49,535 nucleotides of DNA, from NCBI GenBank assembly GCA_944388665.1, contig CALXJQ010000002.1, positions 1-49,535 of the forward strand. Direction: 5' to 3'. Under the pieces are notes generated by a model. It searched no databases, was not told the DNA's origin, and saw only the letters and a list, made by a program, of their open reading frames with translations. The stretch comes from an uncultured Clostridia bacterium (lineage in GTDB: Bacteria; Bacillota; Clostridia; TANB77; CAG-508). The translations under genes were made by a program, and so were the position numbers. Below, in pieces: positions 41,792-48,700 of the stretch; position 1 is the stretch's first letter; each line of letters begins with the position of its first letter.

Positions 41792-42388
41792 TTACCTACC
41801 TTTCTTTATTATATTATCTGCTTGTTTCTCTATTTCTTCTGGTGAATATAATTCCATTAGCGTTAATATATATTCTCCAAACAATTTATTGCTTATCTCT
41901 AAATTTCCAGTGTTTTTCAAATACTCTTTTGCTACAATTCCATAAGATGAAACTTGTTTTCTAGTAATAAACTCTGTTTTTTCTTCTTTTTCTAACGCTA
42001 ATTTTTCAAAATACTTCGCATCTTTAAGTGCTTTATTCAAATCTATACCTAATGCAATGATAATACCTATATCGATTTCTTTCATATCATTATTTCCAAT
42101 GTGTCCAATATAATTTCTTATTCTTGATTTATCTATTACTCTTATCTGTTCTAACAAAATTAACGAATCTTTAGGTAATCCGTTACTTTTTTCATCTATA
42201 AAAATGTGTGTGGGTAATTTTGATTTAACTTTTACTTTACTTGTAATTGGTGCAATTATAACTGTTGGACTGTAAAGATTTCCTACATTATTTTGTAAAA
42301 TAACAACTGGTCTAATTCCTGTTTGCTCGCTTCCTACTACATCTTCATTTAAAACTGCATAAAATATATCTCCTCTATTTATTTCCAT
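41792..42388 (-). CDS. MazF/PemK-family endoribonuclease toxin with ~85-aa C-terminal extension
   Basis: RGDIFYAVL...GSEQTGIRPVVILQNNVGNLYSPTVIIAPITSK...KLPTHIFI...GLPKDSLILLEQIRVIDKSRI is canonical MazF. Residues ~115-198 are an additional K/E-rich helical region. Confidence 0.85.
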   Translation of the reverse strand: MEINRGDIFYAVLNEDVVGSEQTGIRPVVILQNNVGNLYSPTVIIAPITSKVKVKSKLPTHIFIDEKSNGLPKDSLILLEQIRVIDKSRIRNYIGHIGNNDMKEIDIGIIIALGIDLNKALKDAKYFEKLALEKEEKTEFITRKQVSSYGIVAKEYLKNTGNLEISNKLFGEYILTLMELYSPEEIEKQADNIIKKGR

Positions 42389-42539
42389 TTTTTCTTTTTT
42401 CCTCCCATTCTTTTAAATATTTACTTTGTTCTTTGTTTTCATATTCTATTTCTTGTTTTGTTTTGCTTTTGCTACTTCCTAAAATAATAAGATATGTAAA
42501 TATTGCAATAAGTATCATAATAAAAAGTATTATTTTCAT
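42375..42539 (-). CDS. 54-aa protein: N-terminal TM helix plus charged tail, overlapping the mazF-like start
   Basis: AAAGGAG precedes ATG 42539. MKIILFIMILIAIFTYLIILGSSKSKTKQEIEYENKEQSKYLKEWEEKRKNGNK. Its stop lies 14 nt inside the MazF-like ORF, suggesting translational coupling. Confidence 0.45.
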   Translation of the reverse strand: MKIILFIMILIAIFTYLIILGSSKSKTKQEIEYENKEQSKYLKEWEEKRKNGNK

Positions 42540-42898
42540 TTTCTAAACTCCTTTTTTACTTAAGGCTATCTATTAAAAATTAAATAGATAGCCCTTTATT
42601 ATTTCTATCTTTCTCCAAAAAATTCATTAAACGGCATTTAGCAAATGCTCCACAGGACTTTCACCTATCTGCTTTAACAGACTTGCTCTCAATGCGTGGG
42701 ACGGTTTTATCTCGCTCGTGCTATGACTGAACAAGTGTATCATTATACCCACTATTCATTATCGCCTTATGAGCTGCTATACTCATATTTAAGTTAAGTA
42801 GGTTGTAAATCTACTTTTTAACTAGCTCCTAATAGTAGGAATGTATTTAATGAATTTGTATTCAATTTTCAAAGTTCTTATCTTATTTCAACTAAAAC

Positions 42899-42937
42899 GA
42901 AACAAGTGAAAAAGTTTTAACCTCTTTCACTTGTTTC
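42899..42937 (-). terminator. terminator of the sigma-r4 gene
   Basis: A 13-bp stem GAAACAAGTGAAA / TTTCACTTGTTTC, followed on the minus strand by GTTTTAGTT. Confidence 0.6.
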
Positions 42938-42979
42938 CTAACTAATCGTCAATTTTGCAAGGCAAATTTTAAAATTTTT

Positions 42980-43456
42980 TTAATTTTTTAAAAATTTTCG
43001 TATATTAACTATTCCTTTTCGTATAGTTTCACTTACAGCTTGGTGTGATGTTTTCTCTAATTTTGCAATTTCTTCTACAGTTTTATCTTCAAAATAGTAT
43101 AGCTTTATTCTTCTTTTTTGAACTTCTGATAAACAATTAATTGCCTTTTTTAATTGCTTGTTTGTTGTATTAGTTTCTACTATTTCTTCTACATCTACAG
43201 GCTTATGTAATATTCTTTTATTTAAAGTGTTTTCAAATACTTCTGAATGTTCTATATGATTATCGTATTCATTTAATTCTGATAAGTCATCTAATTCAAA
43301 TTGATTCATTGCTTCATATATTTCTTGACCTATCTTTATAATTTGTTTATGTCCTTCCCCATCTTTAAATATTGCATAATATGTATTATTTTCTTCATCA
43401 TGCAATAAAGTATATGGATTATCTTTATATTTCCTTCTTTTTGGTCTTTTCGCCAT
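42980..43456 (-). CDS. sigma-70 region-4 (HTH) domain protein typical of Firmicute mobile elements
   Basis: CLSEVQKRRIKLYYFEDKTVEEIAKLEKTSHQAVSETIRKGIVNIRKFL is a region 4.2 HTH. The N-terminal half is unrelated to sigma region 2. GGAGGT RBS. Confidence 0.7.
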   Translation of the reverse strand: MAKRPKRRKYKDNPYTLLHDEENNTYYAIFKDGEGHKQIIKIGQEIYEAMNQFELDDLSELNEYDNHIEHSEVFENTLNKRILHKPVDVEEIVETNTTNKQLKKAINCLSEVQKRRIKLYYFEDKTVEEIAKLEKTSHQAVSETIRKGIVNIRKFLKN

Positions 43457-43922
43457 TATTATTACCTCCGTTCAATTTGCTTGTTTGTGTGCAAATTGAA
43501 CAGAGGTGGACTACGGCAATGTTTTTCTTTTAGTAAATAAAAAAAATCAAATGCACAGTATAACACTACACATCTGATTTCCTTAAAAGAGCATAAAATG
43601 CCAATATAATGAATATCTGTTAATATTAAATTGTGTTTTTTTACCGTTATTGTTTCATACATTGGCAAAACTCCCTTGTGAATTTTGCTTAAACAAATTC
43701 TCAAAGGAGTTTTTATAAGGGGATCAATTTAATTAATCAAAGTCTAAAAGATTTAGTAAGTCTTTTGTTTCCTTAAAATCTTTTGTAATTCGCCTCCTTA
43801 AAGACTTTGATTAAGTTAGCATGATTATATAAAGATTTTTGCTTTTTTGATGAAAAGGGCGAAAAAAGGCTATAAAACAGCTAAAAAAGGCTACAATCAA
43901 CTGTCTTTTTTTACCAATTCTA

Positions 43923-43951
43923 TTGTGTTTACATAAATTATATGATATAAT
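43923..43951 (+). promoter_or_regulatory. promoter of the Spo0A-like gene
   Basis: TTGTGT, a 17-nt spacer, then TATAAT with an upstream TG (TGATATAAT). Confidence 0.45.
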
Positions 43952-43995
43952 AGTAACGAATTTTATTATAAAAAGAACATTTGTAGGAGGTTACA

Positions 43996-44712
43996 ATGCG
44001 AAAAGTGCTTATTGCTAACCATGATATTGACCAGAATAAGCAACTCTGCCAATATCTTACAAATGATAAAAGATTTGAAATAACCGAAACAACAGATGGA
44101 AAAAGTACATTGAATAAATATCTTGAAATAAAGCCAAATGTTTTAATTTTAGATACAAATTTTAAAGATATGAATTGTATTGAAATTATTAATAGACTTT
44201 CAATGACTATTGAAGAAAAAAGAAACTGTAATACTATACTTGTAGTGGATAAGTCAAACGAAAATATTAAAATTACCAATATGGCAAAAGTATATAAGGT
44301 AATTGAATATTCTGATTTAGACGATTTATTTAATACAATTAATGAGATATGCTCTTACTCGGAATATGAGGAATTAACTGAATTCGACATTGATAAGCTA
44401 TTCTTGAAATTAAAAATTAAACTAAACTCTAATGGTGCTGATTATTTAAGAGAATCAATTACTCAATGCTATTATTATCCGAATTTATTGAAAAAATTAG
44501 ATGATATTTTCTTTATGCTTGCCAGAAAACATAATAAGACAAATGATGCAATTAGGTCTAGTTTTAGGTCAGCATTAGAGCCTTTAAATAACTTTAGAGA
44601 TACGATTGATTATCCAATTATGAAATATTTTGATTATGGTTGTAAAATTACCCCTCAAAGATTTTTAGAAATTGTTGTAATGTATTTACACATAATAAAA
44701 AATAAGAAATAA
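43996..44712 (+). CDS. Spo0A paralogue: degenerate receiver domain plus Spo0A_C-type DNA-binding domain
   Basis: AGGAGG RBS. N-terminus KVLIANHD...KPNVLILDTNF...ILVVDKS has REC layout with the acidic DD pair replaced by NH. C-terminus GADYLRESITQCYYYPNLLKKLDDIFFMLARKHNKTNDAIRSSFRSALE parallels Spo0A GYMYLREAI...[33 protein letters not shown]. Confidence 0.7.
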   Translation: MRKVLIANHDIDQNKQLCQYLTNDKRFEITETTDGKSTLNKYLEIKPNVLILDTNFKDMNCIEIINRLSMTIEEKRNCNTILVVDKSNENIKITNMAKVYKVIEYSDLDDLFNTINEICSYSEYEELTEFDIDKLFLKLKIKLNSNGADYLRESITQCYYYPNLLKKLDDIFFMLARKHNKTNDAIRSSFRSALEPLNNFRDTIDYPIMKYFDYGCKITPQRFLEIVVMYLHIIKNKK

Positions 44713-44751
44713 ATTGATTTTTTGAAAATTCAAACTTATTTCTTATTTTTT
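44697..44751. terminator. bidirectional terminator between the convergent Spo0A-like and radical SAM genes
   Basis: A perfect 16-bp stem AAAAAATAAGAAATAA (44697-44712) / TTATTTCTTATTTTTT (44736-44751). It spans both stop codons. Confidence 0.65.
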
Positions 44752-44754
44752 ATA

Positions 44755-45933
44755 TTAATGGTTCTCTATATATTCTTTATAGCTTTTCATAATATCGTTA
44801 ATTTCAGAAGAATTTACTGGTTCTGTTACAATAGAATTAAATTTTCTACCTATTATATTATATACCTTTTCTATATCATTATCATTGATGGAATTATCTG
44901 TAATCAAATTGAATACAGGAACATCATTTTTTAAGTTTTCTTTTGTTTTTTCTATCATATTAACTCCTGTTTCAACATCATACTTTGCAAACACCATTTC
45001 AGGTTTTAGATTTACTATTTTTTGGTATGTGTCCTCACCATTTATTGCAGTTCCAACAATTTCTACAAAAGGAAGTTGATTTATTGAATCGACTATTTGC
45101 TCTCTAATTTGTTCTTTGTTATGAGCGATTAATGTTCTAATTTTATTAGATGAATTAATTTTGTCAAAATCTATATAATCTTGTTTTAGAGCATTTGCAA
45201 AATAATGATCCTTTCCGTTTTCAGTTCTAATAACATCTGCATTTGGAAGTACAACTATGCTTTTTTCAAACTCATTTTGTTTTTTATATTCTACCTTTTT
45301 TATATTCTCAAATGTTTTTAAACTTTTAATTCCATTTTCTAATTCTTCTTCCGTTATTTCAAATAGTTTCTCGTTTTCTAATGCCCTCTCTCTTATAGGC
45401 ATAAATTTTAAAAATTTCCACTTTTCAATTTTATAATTATTTAAAAACTCCCCTAATTCTTCTAGTTTATTTACATTTTGCTTACTTACTACCGTATTTA
45501 TTCCAATTTTAATTTTCTTATTTTTTGTTTTTTCTAGCAAATTCTTGATAATTTCAAAATGGTTATTTTCTTTTCCTAAAGCTGTATTTATATCATTTTC
45601 GATAGAATCAATTGACAAATTTATCTCATCTAGTATATTTAATATGTCATCTACATATTCAGTATTATTTTTAGATAAGAATATTCCATTAGTTACAAGT
45701 TTGTTGTGTAATCCCATTGTTTTTGATTTTTTCATCAAATCTCTGACATTAGGATAAAGGACAGCCTCTCCTCCAGTCCATGTAATATGATTAATTCCAT
45801 TCTTTACTAAATTATCTAATACCTTTTCATTTTCACTATAAGACAAATCAGGTATATTAGTGAATCCAAAACAATATTTACATCCTTGGTTACATTTTGT
45901 TGTTATCTTCCAACATACTTTCTTCTTAACCAT
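44755..45933 (-). CDS. viperin-like radical SAM enzyme fused to a C-terminal Spo0A-type pseudo-receiver domain
   Basis: AGAGGA precedes ATG 45933. Matches to viperin motifs: [18 protein letters not shown] (CX3CX2C), [55 protein letters not shown] (cf. RWKVFQ). Residues ~275-392 ([12 protein letters not shown]...[26 protein letters not shown]...VFNLITD...) follow a CheY/Spo0A receiver layout with degenerate acidic pocket. Confidence 0.7.
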   Translation of the reverse strand: MVKKKVCWKITTKCNQGCKYCFGFTNIPDLSYSENEKVLDNLVKNGINHITWTGGEAVLYPNVRDLMKKSKTMGLHNKLVTNGIFLSKNNTEYVDDILNILDEINLSIDSIENDINTALGKENNHFEIIKNLLEKTKNKKIKIGINTVVSKQNVNKLEELGEFLNNYKIEKWKFLKFMPIRERALENEKLFEITEEELENGIKSLKTFENIKKVEYKKQNEFEKSIVVLPNADVIRTENGKDHYFANALKQDYIDFDKINSSNKIRTLIAHNKEQIREQIVDSINQLPFVEIVGTAINGEDTYQKIVNLKPEMVFAKYDVETGVNMIEKTKENLKNDVPVFNLITDNSINDNDIEKVYNIIGRKFNSIVTEPVNSSEINDIMKSYKEYIENH

Positions 45934-46021
45934 TTTAATCCTCTTTTCATATATAAAATTATACATTAATATTATATATGAGTTTCATAGAAAATACTAT
46001 TCTAAGATTTTTAAGGATTGT

Positions 46022-46063
46022 TAAAAAAAGCATAACAAAAAATATCCTATGTTAAGGATATTT
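46022..46063 (-). terminator. terminator after the LysR gene
   Basis: AAATATCCT / AGGATATTT stem overlapping the stop codon, followed on the minus strand by T-runs. Confidence 0.55.
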
Positions 46064-46938
46064 TAATGTTTTAAATAATTATTAATAAATTCTTTATCTG
46101 CTTTTGTCAGTTCGTCTTTTAAATGAATTAGATTTAATTTAATACTTGGAAGCTCTATTGGTAATTCTACTTCATATAATTCATTATTATCTAATTCTGC
46201 CTTTACTGCTTGTTTTATTACATAGGCTATACCCATATTCTTTTTAACTGCTTGAACTCTTATTTCTGTAGCATCACATATCATATTTGCATTTATGTTT
46301 ACATTGTATTTACTTAATATCTCTTTTAACCTTTTTGTTGTTCTTGTATTTTCTAAATTTAAAATGCAATTCAAATTTTCTAATTCGTTTATATTTGAAA
46401 TAGTTAAAGGAGTTTTAGATACAAATATATTATTAATTGTTGCCAACTCTTCACATACAATATTATTAAGTTCTATGGAAACATCTGTTATTGCGAAATT
46501 TATCTCGTGGTTTCTTAACAACTCAAGAATTTTGTTTGTGTCTACTTCGCATATAATTGTGAACTTGATTTTTGGAAAAACTTTTTTTACTTTTTCTATT
46601 TTCTCCATTAAGAAATAACTTGTTAAATGTGATGGACAAGCAATTTTTATATTTGCACTTGACATACTATTTTTATCTTGTGCCATTTTTTCAGCAAAAT
46701 CAAAACTTGAAATAGATTTATGCACTATTTCATATAATTCTTTACCGTTTTCCGTTAATGTTACACCTTTACTTTCTCTGTTAAATAATATCAAGTTTAA
46801 TTGTTTTTCTAAATTTGATATTTGCGTACTTATATTAGCAACAGATAATCCGTCTAGTTTATCAGATGCTTCATTATAACTTTTTGATTCTGCAACTTTA
46901 CAAAAAATCTTATATAAATTCAAATTCACATTAGACAC
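46063..46938 (-). CDS. LysR-family transcriptional regulator
   Basis: N-terminal wHTH LYKIFCKVAESKSYNEASDKLDGLSVANISTQISNLEKQLNLILFNRESKGVTLTENGKELYE and a C-terminal substrate-binding fold. GTG start. Confidence 0.85.
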   Translation of the reverse strand: MSNVNLNLYKIFCKVAESKSYNEASDKLDGLSVANISTQISNLEKQLNLILFNRESKGVTLTENGKELYEIVHKSISSFDFAEKMAQDKNSMSSANIKIACPSHLTSYFLMEKIEKVKKVFPKIKFTIICEVDTNKILELLRNHEINFAITDVSIELNNIVCEELATINNIFVSKTPLTISNINELENLNCILNLENTRTTKRLKEILSKYNVNINANMICDATEIRVQAVKKNMGIAYVIKQAVKAELDNNELYEVELPIELPSIKLNLIHLKDELTKADKEFINNYLKH

Positions 46939-46961
46939 TATAACATCATCTCCACGATGTT

Positions 46962-46990
46962 ATTATAACATATTATGTTAATTTTGTAAA
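46962..46990 (-). promoter_or_regulatory. promoter of the LysR gene
   Basis: On the minus strand: TTTACA, a 17-nt spacer, then TATAAT. Confidence 0.45.
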
Positions 46991-47026
46991 GATTTAGAGC
47001 TTGTCTATTGCCTTTTATATGAATTT

Positions 47027-48106
47027 TTATGTATTTTGTTGTTTTTTATACCATAATTCTGCTTTTCTTATATCATATTTTGTTCCAGTTTTTAGTTTAA
47101 ATGACTTCACTAATTCAATTAAGTTTTTAATTTCTTTTTCGTCAGGATTTTCTTTTTTAGTTTCTATTTCTAAAAATATTCCTAAATGATCAATAACTTG
47201 TATAAATACAATATAGTTTTCATTTTCGTAACGATAGTTTTTATCTATCATTCTTAAAAATCTAGTAAATCCTAAACTATTAAGCAATTTTTCGGCATTA
47301 TTTATATCATCTATTTTTAATATAGTTTTTTCTGTTCCTATTTCAAATCCTTCAGAATTATACGCTCTCTTTTTAGAAATAATTTGCTTATCGTTATCAT
47401 TGGTATAACGAATAATTAGTGTATCTGTTATACTGCCATTTTGTGGTACATATTGTTTTGTTTTTTGGTTACACATATAAATATCATCTAAAGTAAATTC
47501 TTCAACATAATTGAAATTATTACTTTCTAACTTCTGTTTAATACTATCTAATTCTTCAAATACTTCACAAGTAATTTCAGTATTATTAATATTTACCTCT
47601 TCCCTATCCTCTGCATTTGTATATAATTTTGATTTTTTTTCTAGTAATACAAAGTTGCAAGAAATATTTGTAAAGAATGGGATTTTTAGTTTAACTACAT
47701 TTCTATATATTTTTTTAGCTTTTGAATAGATTATTTCTTTATTGTCATTTATAAAATCACTTTCTGCTTGTAATAAATCTTTATACTTTTTTCCTCTAGC
47801 ATTAAAGTCTAACAATTGTATAGCATTTAAAGGAACAGGTATCATTTCAGCAAATCTTATTATAGATACATTTTCTTTTTTTCTGTTTTCAACTCGTATA
47901 AAACTAGGATTATCTTTATATTTATTATAGCTGGCTTTATATGAATAAAGAGGAGCAAAATATAAATGATTTTCTACTTTTAATACGATTCCAATATAAG
48001 GTCTTTTATTTTCTTTATTCCAACTTACATGATTATCAAATTGGCTTAAATATTCTATATATTCATCAGCTACAATATAAAATTTTAATGTTTCATTTTC
48101 TCCCAT
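47027..48106 (-). CDS. type III TA toxin (ToxN/AbiQ family endoribonuclease) fused to a C-terminal CYTH (CyaB/triphosphate-tunnel)-like domain
   Basis: AAGGAGAAAAAG precedes ATG 48106. The N-terminal ~165 aa read LKFYIVADEYIEYLSQFDNHV...RPYIGIVLKVENHLYFAPLYS...IIRFAEMIPVP...CNFVLLEKK and match AbiQ/ToxN. The C-terminal ~190 aa read LIIRYTNDNDKQIISKK...LGFTRFLRMIDKNYRYENENYIVFIQVIDHLGIFLEIE..., fitting the CYTH pattern ...LGF...K.R..Y......V.LD.V..LG.F.EIE. Confidence 0.75.
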   Translation of the reverse strand: MGENETLKFYIVADEYIEYLSQFDNHVSWNKENKRPYIGIVLKVENHLYFAPLYSYKASYNKYKDNPSFIRVENRKKENVSIIRFAEMIPVPLNAIQLLDFNARGKKYKDLLQAESDFINDNKEIIYSKAKKIYRNVVKLKIPFFTNISCNFVLLEKKSKLYTNAEDREEVNINNTEITCEVFEELDSIKQKLESNNFNYVEEFTLDDIYMCNQKTKQYVPQNGSITDTLIIRYTNDNDKQIISKKRAYNSEGFEIGTEKTILKIDDINNAEKLLNSLGFTRFLRMIDKNYRYENENYIVFIQVIDHLGIFLEIETKKENPDEKEIKNLIELVKSFKLKTGTKYDIRKAELWYKKQQNT

Positions 48107-48126
48107 CTTTTTCTCCTTTATAAACA

Positions 48127-48160
48127 AAACAGGGTATATTTCTACACCCTGTTTGAATTT
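48127..48160 (-). terminator. terminator between the antitoxin repeats and the toxin gene
   Basis: AACAGGGT / ACCCTGTT stem (48127-48152), followed on the minus strand by TTTGTTTAT. This matches the ToxIN-type layout. Confidence 0.6.
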
Positions 48161-48161
48161 T

Positions 48162-48269
48162 AAATCTCCCTACTCAAGGCAAGGGTTTTCCTAATGTAAA
48201 TCTCCCTACTCAAGGCAAGGGTTTTCCTAATGTAAATCTCCCTACTTAAGGCAAGGGTTTTCCGAATAG
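48162..48269 (-). ncRNA. ToxI/AntiQ-like antitoxin RNA: three tandem 36-nt repeats
   Basis: The plus-strand unit AAATCTCCCTACTCAAGGCAAGGGTTTTCCTAATGT occurs at 48162-48197 and 48198-48233 (identical). A third copy at 48234-48269 has 4 substitutions. The units are head-to-tail with no spacers, directly upstream of the toxN-like gene. Confidence 0.8.
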
Positions 48270-48300
48270 CAACCATAAGATTGCTCTTACTAGTATATTC

Positions 48301-48329
48301 ATTATACAACATTTTTATAACAATGTCAA
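48301..48329 (-). promoter_or_regulatory. consensus promoter driving the repeats and toxin
   Basis: On the minus strand: TTGACA (48329-48324), a 17-nt spacer, then TATAAT (48306-48301). Confidence 0.65.
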
Positions 48330-48346
48330 ACTAATTTTTTTAAAAA

Positions 48347-48679
48347 TCAAGAAACTTTATACAAATATTTAGCAAAATATTTGCAACATTTATCATAGAT
48401 TTTATCTACTTTATCCTGTATTTTTTTATATTCATTTTGTGATACACCTGTGCTGTTTAAATCTTTAGTGTATTCTAAATCAAGTTCAGACATAGTATCA
48501 TCTCTATCATAAGCACCCACATTTATCATAAATATTTCAAAATCATATTGAGTATAAGTCTTATCTTGAACTTCTATATCTAACTTTGACAATACTTCAA
48601 TGTCTTTTTCATTTAGTTCATTTTTTAGATTTATTATTTTCTTTTCCATATATTCTTTATGCCATTCCTCATAATTCAT
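48347..48679 (-). CDS. hypothetical protein
   Basis: GGAGGGGAGAGAGG lies upstream of ATG 48679. Acidic 110-aa protein. No family recognised. Confidence 0.5.
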   Translation of the reverse strand: MNYEEWHKEYMEKKIINLKNELNEKDIEVLSKLDIEVQDKTYTQYDFEIFMINVGAYDRDDTMSELDLEYTKDLNSTGVSQNEYKKIQDKVDKIYDKCCKYFAKYLYKVS

Positions 48680-48700
48680 CCTCTCTCCCCTCCTCTCTTT

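Noticed and set aside
43462-43704. 80-aa ORF (or 66 aa from ATG 43662 with a GGGAG RBS) upstream of the sigma-r4 gene
   Set aside because: The translation (MYETITVKKHNLILTDIHYIGILCSFKEIRCVVLYCAFDFF...) is Cys/Phe-rich and unlike any family I know. Its end runs through the hairpin and RBS of the next gene. It is kept as unsupported and could be revisited with Ribo-seq.
44386-44392. Spo0A-box heptamers (TTCGACA/TGTCGAA) at 44386-44392, ~39553 and ~20327
   Set aside because: A 7-mer is expected to occur a few times by chance in 50 kb. All three lie inside coding regions rather than promoters, so they are not evidence for regulation.
44722-45757. Plus-strand ORFs 44722..44934, 44885..45079 and 45545..45757
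   Set aside because: They are antisense to the well-supported radical SAM gene, with no RBS and nonsense-like hydrophobic translations. The same reasoning applies to the antisense ORFs inside uvrB, the protease gene, guaA, secA, rho, copA, lysR and the toxN-CYTH gene.
48162-48269. Possible CRISPR array (regular 36-nt repeats)
   Set aside because: The repeats are directly head-to-tail with no spacers, and no cas genes are nearby. The position, upstream of a ToxN/AbiQ gene with an intervening terminator, fits a type III antitoxin RNA instead.
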